Assembly: GCA_965207885.1 (NCBI GenBank)
Contig: OZ242311.1
Location: forward strand, 5,056,001 to 5,120,000
Length of the DNA stretch: 64,000 nucleotides
Direction: 5' to 3'
Source: Candidatus Latescibacterota bacterium
GTDB taxonomy: Bacteria; Latescibacterota; UBA2968
Below are positions 1 through 9,753 of the stretch, in pieces. Below the pieces are notes generated by a model, which had not been told where the DNA came from, searched no databases, and was given only the letters and a program-made list of their open reading frames with translations. A program made the position numbers and the translations under genes. The number at the start of each line of letters is the position of its first letter. The stretch's first letter is position 1.

Positions 1-286
1 CTGCTTCAGCAGACGCAACCCGATTGTGCAATACGTACAAAGCCTCTTCAAGATGGTCAATGTGCGGATCGGATAACAAAACACCGGCATCAACCCCACC
101 CATTGTTTCCATGACCTGCACAAAATTTTGAGCATCAGAGACAGCATATTGCAGGGTCTCGCGCTTTGCCCCGCCATCATTGGCACCCACAGCCAGCACC
201 CACCGCCGCACGCCATCTACCGCATACAGATCTTGAACAATCAGAACACAGAGTACCATCATAAGAGCCAAAACGCGACCAAACAT
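1..286 (-). CDS. Caspase-family (peptidase C14) secreted protein, N-terminal part, runs off the window edge; paralogue of 2025-3593
   Basis: Manual translation from ATG at 286 (upstream GAGG): MFGRVLALMMVLCVLIVQDLYAVDGVRRWVLAVGANDGGAKRETLQYAVSDAQNFVQVMETMGGVD, which aligns with VRRFVLAAGANFGGEKRIPLRYAVSDAKHFARVLEMMGGVE of 2025-3593. Not in the ORF track. Confidence 0.85.
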   Translation of the reverse strand, partial: MFGRVLALMMVLCVLIVQDLYAVDGVRRWVLAVGANDGGAKRETLQYAVSDAQNFVQVMETMGGVDAGVLLSDPHIDHLEEALYVLHNRVASAEA

Positions 287-332
287 TGCAATTCTTCCTC
301 CTTTGGACCTCTCTCCTCATCCGTGATATAAT

Positions 333-2012
333 CTAAAACGCCCGCCGAAACCGCACCCAAACCCGCCAATCAACCGGACCGTTCGCATCCAGCGGCCGGG
401 CAAAAAACACGCGCAAATTATCGGTCTTTAATCCAAATCCCGCACTCGTTACAACCCGTGTTTCAACAGGCCCTCTATCCGAAAACCACGCCTTACCCGC
501 ATCAAAAAATACACCGATGCCAACATCATCTAAAGGCCAGTCATCCCTAAAATGAGCTTCGCCATCAACCCAATAAATCGCATTAAACAGCACCATGCGA
601 TCTCCCTCATAAGCATTCAATCCATAACCCCTAAGCGAAGAAGGACCTCCGAGACGATAGAGAAATTGCACGGGCACACGTCCTCGTCCAGTACCCGCGC
701 GAACGCGCAAATTCAATTGGGTCCCACGCCCCGCATACTGATAGCGGCGCACATCCAGGATATAGCGTTCAAAATCAAAATCGCCTCCCCAAATACCACC
801 TGCTTTCTCAGCCTGTGCCATTAAACGCCATCCCTGTCGAGACCGTTGGCTCGCACGACTATCTAACTGTAGTGTACCCATTACACTGTGCATTTGCCCG
901 GCCTCAATCTCTGGATTGGGTCGAAAATTCATCCGGCTGCCCCATCGATCGCCAAATAGATTCCAGGAAACGCTATTGGGCATCGACTCGAAAACATCTA
1001 CACCCACCTGTCCTCGAACCTCTACCATCCGATCAAAATCCCGAAAAATATAAGTACTGGCCCCCTCCCGACGATAATAGTCTCTAAAATCGCGTCGCAA
1101 CAAAAAGGCAAAAATCGAATTTTCTATCTCATCAATACGCCAATTATCTTGCGTATTTGTCAACCCGTGCAATTCAAAACCCAGCGCGACCATGTTGTCC
1201 TTTGACGCACCAGAAAAAGTAAAAAACTCAGCACCAGCCTGATAATCCCACCGATTACTCCCAAATCCATAACCCACTTCGCCATAGTGCGCCACCCCGC
1301 GCGAAGTGCGATATTTCAATGGCAAGCGCCAGCCAATAAAAACGCCATCCACCCGATTGTAACGCACCAAAAAATCTTCGTGATCAATGCGCCAAATATT
1401 CGAAAATGGGGCGATATGTGCCTTCCATGAACCCAGGCGGTGGTGTGCTATGTGGGAGACAGACGGTTTATATCCGGGCAATAAACGAGCAACGCGATCA
1501 AAAGCCTCCACCTCTAATTCCCGACCAACAGTTCCCATTTTATCAACTTGAACAACACCAACCACATTGACCAGCGTTAAAGTGGCAGCCTTGCGATCAT
1601 GGACCATTGCAAACAGACCAATAACAGCATCTGCTTCCTTCTGTAAATACACCGATACGCGCTCGCGTTTCTTCCGTGACTGAACGGTTATCTCCCAACC
1701 CATCGCATCTAAATATCGCGCAATTTTGTCCATACGCATTGCAATCTCATCAACCGACAGAACATGCACGCGCACCAGCTTCAGGTCTGATAAGGCCTCA
1801 CCAACTTTTTTATTTTTATTTTTGACCCTTTCAGCGACCTGCTGCAACATCAATTGTCCAATAGACACATCCGCAGTGACATCTTTGGACTCAAACACAT
1901 CCAGTGATCCAACCGCCACATAACCCAAATGACTGGAAATATCTTGCTGTGCATTCGCGATTCCATAAATGAAAAAACAAATGACACTCGCGCACAAAAT
2001 CATTCGGTACAT
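333..2012 (-). CDS. Outer-membrane protein: signal peptide, DUF4252-like N-terminal domain, Omp85/BamA-TamA-type C-terminal beta-barrel
   Basis: Signal peptide (..ANA|QQ); RYNRVDG motif; LGGPSSLRGY (Omp85 VRGY-loop-like); FFDAGKAW; amphipathic strands ending in terminal F. Confidence 0.7.
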   Translation of the reverse strand: MYRMILCASVICFFIYGIANAQQDISSHLGYVAVGSLDVFESKDVTADVSIGQLMLQQVAERVKNKNKKVGEALSDLKLVRVHVLSVDEIAMRMDKIARYLDAMGWEITVQSRKKRERVSVYLQKEADAVIGLFAMVHDRKAATLTLVNVVGVVQVDKMGTVGRELEVEAFDRVARLLPGYKPSVSHIAHHRLGSWKAHIAPFSNIWRIDHEDFLVRYNRVDGVFIGWRLPLKYRTSRGVAHYGEVGYGFGSNRWDYQAGAEFFTFSGASKDNMVALGFELHGLTNTQDNWRIDEIENSIFAFLLRRDFRDYYRREGASTYIFRDFDRMVEVRGQVGVDVFESMPNSVSWNLFGDRWGSRMNFRPNPEIEAGQMHSVMGTLQLDSRASQRSRQGWRLMAQAEKAGGIWGGDFDFERYILDVRRYQYAGRGTQLNLRVRAGTGRGRVPVQFLYRLGGPSSLRGYGLNAYEGDRMVLFNAIYWVDGEAHFRDDWPLDDVGIGVFFDAGKAWFSDRGPVETRVVTSAGFGLKTDNLRVFFARPLDANGPVDWRVWVRFRRAF

Positions 2013-2024
2013 ATTCCCCTCCGA

Positions 2025-3593
2025 TCAGAATAACAACAAACCCAACCCCACGCTGTACTCCATTCCACTATAATCCGTTTGCCCATCCACCGGCACAGCA
2101 AAAGGCTCGACAAACCGATTATAGCCTATGCGTCCACCCAGAACAAAAGACTTCAAAAACGGCACATCCAGTCCACCACCCCAATACAACCCATTCACTT
2201 CATCGACATTCTCATCCAATACTTTACCCGTGTACCGACCAACGCCTCCTTCGGCATAAGGGCGCAGAGGTGAACGCCACATATTCAAAGGCATATAAAT
2301 ACGCAGACTGACCAGCTCAGATGACACGCCTGCTTTTTTTTCATCGTCAGCAAACGAAAATCCCGAACGAGAATAATTGATCGAAACATGTTCTGTGGGC
2401 CAGAATCCAAAAATCCAGGCTTTGCTATCATCCCCCAGTTGCCATGCGCCCCTGCTGCGTTCAAGACGCCATCTGCCGGATAGCCTGTGTGGATAGCGGG
2501 CAGATGTCCCGGTTGTTGGCTTCCTCAACGCAGGCCCTCGGCTCGTGGTTTTTTCGCGCACTTGAGAGCGAAAATGCCGATTCTCAAGCAAAAACCGCTC
2601 ACCCTTTTTTAACGCGACCTTTGAATGCAACAATTGCATTCGGTGTTCAAAATGAATGTCATAAACCTCGGGTTCCAATCCCAACTCGAGCGTTTGCCCG
2701 GCGGTCTTGTCCAGCTCTGCCACCAGTTGCTCCTGCGAATTGCGCACAAAAAATCGGCCATTCAACTCATCCGACAAAATCAAACTCGCCGATGTCTCTC
2801 GCACATCGGTCATCACCACATCGCCTGTACCCGTCATCTTAATATCATAAGCCGGATGCTGCGCCCCTCCCTGAGTTTTTTCGGTTCGCTTCAGCGTATT
2901 GCGAAATGCAAACGCATACGCTTCGCTGAGTGTCACCTTGCCATCACCAGTCACATCTGCTGCACCCCGCAAGCCAGACACCAGATAATGCGTGAAAAAC
3001 GATCCGCGAATGCGATCCGATTCTTGTGCAGCCTCATTTTCGGAACTCGAAGTCAAAAACGCATACCCCCGCATATCCGACGACGTATCGACCATAAAGG
3101 CTTTTTGCCTTTGCCCGCCTTTCAGGCGCGTAATAGCGCCCGAAGCACACGCATCGAGCACAGTAATATGCACATCCGCCTGAACGCTATTCATTGCATC
3201 GCGCAAAGCGCGATAGGTCAACCGATCTTCTCCCAACAGCAACCCATTTTCATCGGCATGCCCCGAATAATACAGGACAACTTCGATGCGACTCGACGAT
3301 TGGGATGCTTTTATAACCCGAGATTGCAAATCCATCAAAACCCGTTTAAAATTTTCCAAACTCGGCTCGGCCAATAAAAATTGATCCTCAGATTCAACTC
3401 CCCCCATCATCTCTAAAACACGAGCAAAATGTTTTGCATCCGATACGGCATAACGCAGAGGTATGCGTTTCTCCCCACCAAAATTTGCGCCAGCCGCCAA
3501 CACAAAACGCCGCACAACCTGTGATGCCTCAATTCCCTGAGCACATAACAGCAGACCGATCCCCAACAGTACTACCCATCGGCGCAACATCAC
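2025..3593 (-). CDS. Signal-peptide caspase-family (C14) protease with C-terminal outer-membrane beta-barrel
   Basis: Intact His-Cys dyad motifs LYYSGHA and VLDACASG; SFFTHYLVSGLRGAAD; DG.VTLSEAY; C-terminus of alternating beta-strands ending GLGLLLF. Confidence 0.85.
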   Translation of the reverse strand: MMLRRWVVLLGIGLLLCAQGIEASQVVRRFVLAAGANFGGEKRIPLRYAVSDAKHFARVLEMMGGVESEDQFLLAEPSLENFKRVLMDLQSRVIKASQSSSRIEVVLYYSGHADENGLLLGEDRLTYRALRDAMNSVQADVHITVLDACASGAITRLKGGQRQKAFMVDTSSDMRGYAFLTSSSENEAAQESDRIRGSFFTHYLVSGLRGAADVTGDGKVTLSEAYAFAFRNTLKRTEKTQGGAQHPAYDIKMTGTGDVVMTDVRETSASLILSDELNGRFFVRNSQEQLVAELDKTAGQTLELGLEPEVYDIHFEHRMQLLHSKVALKKGERFLLENRHFRSQVREKTTSRGPALRKPTTGTSARYPHRLSGRWRLERSRGAWQLGDDSKAWIFGFWPTEHVSINYSRSGFSFADDEKKAGVSSELVSLRIYMPLNMWRSPLRPYAEGGVGRYTGKVLDENVDEVNGLYWGGGLDVPFLKSFVLGGRIGYNRFVEPFAVPVDGQTDYSGMEYSVGLGLLLF

Positions 3594-4348
3594 CTGCCCC
3601 CTTTATAAAGCGTAATGGCAAATTGCTCAAACCCTCTTCCCACTTGCAATGAATCGGGACCGCCCTTTGCCGCTTGTGCCACATCGCGCACGTCAAAAGA
3701 CATATCTGCTGTCAAAAAATAAAACCGTTCCCACTTTGGGGCATCATCCAGTTCGTAAGAATAATCCAGAGACACCGGATCGCCCTGTATCAAGCGCACG
3801 GCACTTGTTCCCGATGAGGGCAAATGCCGCGTCACAGTGCCGCGCCCATCCACAGACACAATCACCCCAAAAGGCTTGCCCGCCGCGCGATAAAAAATCT
3901 GAATCAAATCGCCTGTATAAGCCACACTGCTATCCGACAATTGTTCAATCTCAGACGCCCTTTTTCGATACAACAACAAATCCGGCTTTACGCCTTTTAA
4001 CCGAATGCCATCCATCCCTTTCCGATCCCAGGGTGGCGGCACTTCAGGCCCCGGTAAATAGATCGAAAAAACAACGGCGAGCAAAATCACAGCGGCCAAT
4101 GCCAAACGCGGACCGAACCGCGATATACTCGGCACCCCTCGCCTCTCCGACCGGCGCGCAACCTGCCGCGCAACCCACTCAGTCGGATAGGACGCGTGAA
4201 TTTCTCGATCTGACCCTTCCAATGCCTCCAGGCGCGCTCTCAAATCCGGGTCCTCATCCAGCGCCCTTTGAACAGCTCTCATTTCTTCTTCCGGCAATTC
4301 ATTCAGCCGAAAACGCTCCAGTTTCCAATCACCGCGTTGTCTCCTCAT
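3590..4348 (-). CDS. ActD-like putative anti-sigma factor (N-terminal helical domain, one TM helix, periplasmic DUF4384-like domain)
   Basis: DWKLERFRLNELP N-terminus, TM LALAAVILLAVVFSIYL and RLKG motif, as in myxobacterial 'ActD-like' proteins; overlaps the ECF sigma stop and the caspase start by 4 nt each. Confidence 0.7.
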   Translation of the reverse strand: MRRQRGDWKLERFRLNELPEEEMRAVQRALDEDPDLRARLEALEGSDREIHASYPTEWVARQVARRSERRGVPSISRFGPRLALAAVILLAVVFSIYLPGPEVPPPWDRKGMDGIRLKGVKPDLLLYRKRASEIEQLSDSSVAYTGDLIQIFYRAAGKPFGVIVSVDGRGTVTRHLPSSGTSAVRLIQGDPVSLDYSYELDDAPKWERFYFLTADMSFDVRDVAQAAKGGPDSLQVGRGFEQFAITLYKGGR

Positions 4349-4818
4349 AGATCCTCCAACTTCTCCAGCGATTCTCGCAACCCCCGCAACCGTTTTCGCA
4401 CTCCAGAAACCGACATACCAACCTCCCGAGCGACTTCCGCCAATGTGAAACCATCCACAAAATGTAAAACCGCAATTGTTCGCGTCGAATCTCTGTGCCG
4501 GGCAAAAAGCCGGTCGAGCATCGCCCGAGCATCCAACCGCGATTCCAGATCTTCAATCCCAGCAATGTGTATCAACTTCTCATCACCCGGCAGATCGAGC
4601 CGCTGATCGCGAATGCGATTCAAACACACATTGGTCGCAATGCGATATAGCAAACTCGACGGATAGGTCGCTTTCAGACGATCCCGGCGTTGCAATACCC
4701 GCACAAAAACATCTTGCATGGCATCCATGGCGCGATCTTCATCTCGCAACAACCGCCGACAGCGACGCAACACCATAGGACCGTATTTTTGATATAACAA
4801 TTCGACATTCATAAACAA
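4345..4818 (-). CDS. ECF-type RNA polymerase sigma factor
   Basis: Region 2 (AMDAMQDVFVRV..LLYRIATNVCLN) and region 4 HTH (GFTLAEVAREVGMSVSGVRKRL). Confidence 0.92.
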   Translation of the reverse strand: MFMNVELLYQKYGPMVLRRCRRLLRDEDRAMDAMQDVFVRVLQRRDRLKATYPSSLLYRIATNVCLNRIRDQRLDLPGDEKLIHIAGIEDLESRLDARAMLDRLFARHRDSTRTIAVLHFVDGFTLAEVAREVGMSVSGVRKRLRGLRESLEKLEDL

Positions 4819-5010
4819 CCCATCGCTTTATTTTTTAACACATCACACAGACCAAAATGTTACTTTTTTTTGGCAGGCACAAGATCGAGATGAATTTAAA
4901 CGCTCGCCTGAGAAGGAAAATTTGGTTGCTTATTTTTTTTATCCTTTATAGATTATCTGTTCTGTCTAACAACCCCCGTCCCTCAAAAACGATTCCACAG
5001 GTCATAAACT

Positions 5011-6288
5011 ATGAGCACCCCCGAAACAACACGCGAAACGGCTGGCGATACACCAGCCAATGCCCCTTCAGACGACGCGCCCACTGTCGAAGAACTCGAC
5101 AAAAAATACGCTGAAGACACACCTGATACCGAATTTGCCGCATTACTCGAAGAAAGCGATAAGCAGAGTCATCGCGAGGTCTCTACTGGCGACAAAGTCA
5201 CTGGAACCATCCGCGAAATCGGTGACTCCACAGCTTTTATCGACTTTGGCGGCCGCAGTGAAGCATCAATAGACATTCAAGAACTGCGCGACGAATCGGG
5301 CGAATTGAAATACAAGGCTGGCGATACCATCGAAGCCTTTGTCGCCAGCACCGATGGCGAAATACGCCTGGCATTTTCGTTGCGCGTTTCCAGTCGTCAA
5401 CTCCTGCGTCAAGCACATCAAAACGACATGCCCATCGCCGGCAAAGTCACCGGCTTCAATACCGGAGGCCTTGTGGTGAATATCGGCGGCCTTCGCGCAT
5501 TCTGCCCCATGTCACAAATCGACACGGGATATTGCGACGACCCGGCTTCGTATGCGGGCCAAACCCACAACTTCAAAATTGTTGAACTGCGAGGACGCAA
5601 CAATGTCGTCGTTTCACGCCGCGCTTATCTGGAAGAAGAAAATCGCAAAAAAGCCGACGAGATGCGCCAAAAACTCTCAGAAGGTGAAGAAAGAACGGGA
5701 ACCATTACACGCATAGAACGCTTCGGCTCTTTTGTTGACCTCGGAGGAGTTGAAGGTCTGGTACACGTCTCGGAAATCAGCCACACCCGTGTAGAAAATC
5801 CGCGCAGTGTCCTAAAAAAAGGCGAAGAAGTGCGCGTGAAAATAATCGGCCTCAAGAATCTGGGCAAAAAAAATGAGCGCATATCGCTCTCTATCAAAGC
5901 ACTGGAAAGAGATCCCTGGGATACGGTAGCAGAGCGCTACCAATCGGGCAGCATCATTACCGGCAAAGTCGTTTCAATCCAAAATTTCGGTGCCTTTGTC
6001 GAAATTGAACCCGGTATTGAGGGGCTGATCCACATCTCGCAGTTCGTCTCGGGAAAACGCATCTCAAACCCCAGCGAAGTCGTTTCAGTCGGTCAAGAAG
6101 TCAAAACCTTGATCCGCGAAATCGATTTGGGTAAAAAACGCATTTCACTCTCAATGCGCGCCGTTGAAGAACAAGATAGGCAAACGGCTGAAATTGAGGA
6201 CATGGCCGCATTCAAATCCAAGCAAACGCAAGAGTCTCAAAGCGACAATGCCATGGCCGACGCCCTTCGCCGTGCAGGACTCGCCTGA
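5011..6288 (+). CDS. rpsA: 30S ribosomal protein S1-like protein (four S1 domains)
   Basis: Repeated S1 motifs (FGSFVDLGGVEGLVHVSEIS, FGAFVEIEPGIEGLIHISQ, RISLS); 425 aa, shorter than a six-domain S1, so possibly a secondary paralogue. Confidence 0.75.
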   Translation: MSTPETTRETAGDTPANAPSDDAPTVEELDKKYAEDTPDTEFAALLEESDKQSHREVSTGDKVTGTIREIGDSTAFIDFGGRSEASIDIQELRDESGELKYKAGDTIEAFVASTDGEIRLAFSLRVSSRQLLRQAHQNDMPIAGKVTGFNTGGLVVNIGGLRAFCPMSQIDTGYCDDPASYAGQTHNFKIVELRGRNNVVVSRRAYLEEENRKKADEMRQKLSEGEERTGTITRIERFGSFVDLGGVEGLVHVSEISHTRVENPRSVLKKGEEVRVKIIGLKNLGKKNERISLSIKALERDPWDTVAERYQSGSIITGKVVSIQNFGAFVEIEPGIEGLIHISQFVSGKRISNPSEVVSVGQEVKTLIREIDLGKKRISLSMRAVEEQDRQTAEIEDMAAFKSKQTQESQSDNAMADALRRAGLA

Positions 6289-6304
6289 GAGGCCGTTAAA
6301 ATTC

Positions 6305-6369
6305 AGCGGTCAGTTTTGCGCCATCACGTCTCATTGGGTGATCGTTAAAAACTGACCGCTTATTTTTTT
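6305..6369 (+). terminator. Long hairpin followed by a U-tract (probable intrinsic terminator)
   Basis: 13-bp perfect inverted repeat AGCGGTCAGTTTT/AAAACTGACCGCT with an inner ATCAC/GTGAT stem, followed by TATTTTTTT. Confidence 0.6.
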
Positions 6370-6377
6370 ATGTTAAA

Positions 6378-6719
6378 ATGTCTAAAAACACCGACAACAA
6401 CGCGCTCCTGAAGGATGTCCGATTTCAAACTATGCGCGGGTCTGGCCCCGGCGGTCAACATCGCAACAAAGTTGAAACCGCCGTACGCGCGACCCACATA
6501 CCCACGGGTATTGCGGTCATCGCCACAGAACACCGCTCACAACACCGCAACAAACAACTCGCCCTCGAACGTTTGCAAAACCGCTTGAACGAGCGCAACA
6601 AAAAGCGCAAACCGCGCATCAAAACCCGCCCCAACCGATCTTCGATCGAGAAACGCCTGGAAAAAAAACGCCAGCGTGCAGAAAAAAAACGCCAGCGACA
6701 ACGCGTGGTCAACAATTAG
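6378..6719 (+). CDS. Short class-I release-factor-like peptidyl-tRNA hydrolase (ArfB/YaeJ-like ribosome rescue factor)
   Basis: [21 protein letters not shown] motif, RSQ..N motif and long basic C-terminal tail ([16 protein letters not shown]); no codon-recognition domain. Confidence 0.8.
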   Translation: MSKNTDNNALLKDVRFQTMRGSGPGGQHRNKVETAVRATHIPTGIAVIATEHRSQHRNKQLALERLQNRLNERNKKRKPRIKTRPNRSSIEKRLEKKRQRAEKKRQRQRVVNN

Positions 6720-7711
6720 CTCCCAAAATGATCATATCCCAACTGCTCCAATAGCACGCGCTTGCCATCCTCATCTTCTATCATCACACGACCATCGCCA
6801 GCCACAACCTCGCCAATGCGACAAATAGAATACTGTTCTGCCAGTGCTTCGACCTTATCGACCTGTGTGTGAGACACAGAAAATAGCAACTCAAAATCTT
6901 CCCCTCCAGTGAGAGCAAGATCCAATTTTTCTTTCTCACTCACTTCACAAAATTTCACAAACGCCAGCGACATGGGAATCGTCGCTGCCCGAATCACAGC
7001 CGACACGCCACTTTGCTGGCAAACATGGCTCAAATCCGAAGCCACCCCATCCGACACATCGATCATCGCTGTCACCGCACCTGTCTCCGCCAATACCTGC
7101 CCCAAATCCAACCGAGGCTCAGGCCGATAATGCCTTTGTAACAACGCGGTTCGCACCTCACCTGGCAGATCGACATCACCCAATACCAGCCCCAAACCAC
7201 CTGCAGCATCGCCCAATGTCCCCGATACATAGACAGCATCACCCACTTGTGCGCCAGACCGATAACACACCTGGTCTCGCGCCATCTCACCCGTAAGCGT
7301 CAAACTCAAAACCAGCGCACCAGACGTGCGCGTTGTATCACCGCCCACAACAGCCACATCAAACCGATCTGCACAGGCAAAAAGCCCGTTGTAAATACGC
7401 TCCACATAACCCACATCACAATCACCCGATGCGCTGACCGCCACAACCGCATCCGTTGGTTTCCCTCCCATAGCAGCCACATCGGACAAACTCGCAGCCA
7501 GTAATTTGTACCCCACACCTTCTGGCGGTGCCTGTGACACAAAGTGTACGCCCTCAACCATCGCATCAACCGTCACCAATCGCACGCGCGCCTGCCCGGC
7601 AGCCATAACAGCGCAATCATCTCCAATCCCACACAGAACCCGATTGCGCTGTGCGTGCGCGGCAATGCGATCAATAAAATCGAACTCTCCGATATCCTTA
7701 AACCGATCCAT
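6716..7711 (-). CDS. thiL: Thiamine-monophosphate kinase
   Basis: [37 protein letters not shown] and GGEDFELLF motifs; start moved to MDRFK at 7711. Confidence 0.95.
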   Translation of the reverse strand: MDRFKDIGEFDFIDRIAAHAQRNRVLCGIGDDCAVMAAGQARVRLVTVDAMVEGVHFVSQAPPEGVGYKLLAASLSDVAAMGGKPTDAVVAVSASGDCDVGYVERIYNGLFACADRFDVAVVGGDTTRTSGALVLSLTLTGEMARDQVCYRSGAQVGDAVYVSGTLGDAAGGLGLVLGDVDLPGEVRTALLQRHYRPEPRLDLGQVLAETGAVTAMIDVSDGVASDLSHVCQQSGVSAVIRAATIPMSLAFVKFCEVSEKEKLDLALTGGEDFELLFSVSHTQVDKVEALAEQYSICRIGEVVAGDGRVMIEDEDGKRVLLEQLGYDHFGS

Positions 7712-7712
7712 C

Positions 7713-8477
7713 TCACTTTTCCCCCCACGCCCACGCCACAACATCTCGATACGCCACATCGCCCCCAAAAATATCCAGCGCACTGCCAATAGTCAGATCT
7801 ACCCGCCCCTGGCCCAGCACATTGACGCGGTGCATATCCGATAGCTCTCGCACCCCGCCTGCATAAGTTACCGGCACGGGTGACCATTTGCCCAATAATT
7901 CCACCAGAGGTTCTTCTACACCTGCTCGTTTGCCCTCAACATCAACCCCATGCACCAAAAACTCAGCACAATAGCCGGCCAACGCACTCAAAGTCTCCTC
8001 GCCGACAGTCACATCCGTAAATCTTTGCCAGCGATCCGTTACAACAACATAATCATCACCGCGCCTTCGACAACTCAAATCCAGAACCAAACGCCCTCTA
8101 CCCACAGTCTGTATCATCTCATCCAACCGCCTCATATCAATTTGCCCATCTCGGAAAACATAAGACGTCACAATTACATGGCTTGCACCCGCACGCAAGA
8201 ATTTTTTCGCATTATGTGGCGTGATACCCCCACCCATATGCAGACCCTCGGGAAACGCCTCCAGAGCCTCCAACGCCGCCGCTTCATTGCCCGGCCCAAG
8301 CGCAATCACATGGCCGCCCCAAAATCCATCCTCGCGATACAGCCGTGCATAATCCGCAGGAGAGCGTTCGGTCTCAAAATTTGTCACCGTGTGCTGGGCA
8401 TCCCCATCGCGCAACGTGCCCCCCACGATTTGTACAACCCGACCATCTTTCAAATCAATACACGGTCTGAATTTCAT
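7713..8477 (-). CDS. hisA: ProFAR isomerase HisA, eukaryotic (His6) type
   Basis: MKFRPCIDLKDGRVVQIVGGTL, GGHVI, LVLDLSCR, EFLVHGVDVEG and VDLTIGSALDIFGG are His6-type motifs. Confidence 0.92.
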   Translation of the reverse strand: MKFRPCIDLKDGRVVQIVGGTLRDGDAQHTVTNFETERSPADYARLYREDGFWGGHVIALGPGNEAAALEALEAFPEGLHMGGGITPHNAKKFLRAGASHVIVTSYVFRDGQIDMRRLDEMIQTVGRGRLVLDLSCRRRGDDYVVVTDRWQRFTDVTVGEETLSALAGYCAEFLVHGVDVEGKRAGVEEPLVELLGKWSPVPVTYAGGVRELSDMHRVNVLGQGRVDLTIGSALDIFGGDVAYRDVVAWAWGEK

Positions 8478-8609
8478 GTGATCTACCCAACGGGCGGGCA
8501 CGGGAACACCGCCCCTACAACTTTCTGTAAAAAATATGGATTACAAACATATTATGTGTTATTTTTCTATTTATATCAACATCAACCGCGATCATCCCAA
8601 GGAAACTTT

Positions 8610-9728
8610 ATGCAAGATCCCCGACTTGAAAAACTCGCCGATGTCCTAATTCGCCATTCCACAAAGTTACAAGCGGGCGAAACCGTCCTCATTCAAGGCT
8701 ACGACATGCCCGAAGACATGATCATTGCACTCATTCGCAAAGTGCGCGAAGTCGGCGGCATTCCCCTGGTATCCATGAAAAACAACCGCATCCAACGCGA
8801 ACTCATCCATACAGGAGATGTCGCCACCATGCAACAAGCAGGCGATTACGAAGCCTTCCGAATGAAGCGCGTACAGGCCTATATCGGTCTGCGCGGTAGC
8901 CGCAACATCTCAGAATTATCAGATGTATCCAGCACCGCGATGAATATTTACGAAAAACACTGGCTCAAACCCGTGCATTTTGCTATCCGCGTGCCGCATA
9001 CCAAATGGGTAGTCTTGCGATGGCCCACACCTTCTATGGCACAACAGGCGCAACAAAGTACTGAAGCTTTTGAAGATTTTTACTTTGACGTCTGCACGCT
9101 CGACTATGGCAAAATGGCCGAAGCGGTTGTACCCCTCCAAAAACGCATGGAACAAACCGAGCGCGTGCGCATCACCGGAGTCGATACCGATCTATCCTTT
9201 AGCATCAAAAACATACCAGTCAGACCCTGTACGGGACTTCGCAACATCCCCGATGGCGAGTGTTTTACCGCACCGGTGAAATACTCAGTAAACGGTCACA
9301 TCCATTTCAACGTTCCCACTATCTATCGCGGTACAACATTTTCAGATATCAAACTGACCTTTCAAGCGGGCAAAATCATCGACGCGATCGCAAATGACAC
9401 CGATAAACTCAACGATATTCTCGACACCGATAAAGGCGCGCGTTATATTGGTGAATTTGCCATCGCATTCAACCCCTATATCACATCGCCTATGCTCGAT
9501 ATCCTCTTCGACGAGAAAATAGCGGGCTCATTCCACTTTACACCCGGAAATGCCTATCCCGATGACGCCGACAACGGCAACCGCTCTGCCGTACACTGGG
9601 ACATGGTATTTATCCAAACACCCGAATACGGCGGAGGAGAAATCTACTTCGACGACGAGTGCATTCGCAAAGACGGGCATTTTGTCGTAGAAGACCTCAA
9701 AGGGCTAAACCCCGAAAACCTCAAATAA
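8610..9728 (+). CDS. Aminopeptidase, M29 (AmpS/AmpT thermophilic metalloprotease) family
   Basis: MQDPRLEKLA start; NIPDGECFTAP, GEFAIA, LFDEKIAGSFHFTPG and SAVHWDMV motifs; the N-terminal extension in the ORF track is antisense to hisA. Confidence 0.93.
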   Translation: MQDPRLEKLADVLIRHSTKLQAGETVLIQGYDMPEDMIIALIRKVREVGGIPLVSMKNNRIQRELIHTGDVATMQQAGDYEAFRMKRVQAYIGLRGSRNISELSDVSSTAMNIYEKHWLKPVHFAIRVPHTKWVVLRWPTPSMAQQAQQSTEAFEDFYFDVCTLDYGKMAEAVVPLQKRMEQTERVRITGVDTDLSFSIKNIPVRPCTGLRNIPDGECFTAPVKYSVNGHIHFNVPTIYRGTTFSDIKLTFQAGKIIDAIANDTDKLNDILDTDKGARYIGEFAIAFNPYITSPMLDILFDEKIAGSFHFTPGNAYPDDADNGNRSAVHWDMVFIQTPEYGGGEIYFDDECIRKDGHFVVEDLKGLNPENLK

Positions 9729-9753
9729 ACTAAAATAGCTTTCACAACTGCCC

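Noticed and set aside
7950-8609. 220-aa N-terminal extension of the aminopeptidase ORF
   Set aside because: Antisense to hisA; M29 similarity begins at ATG 8610.
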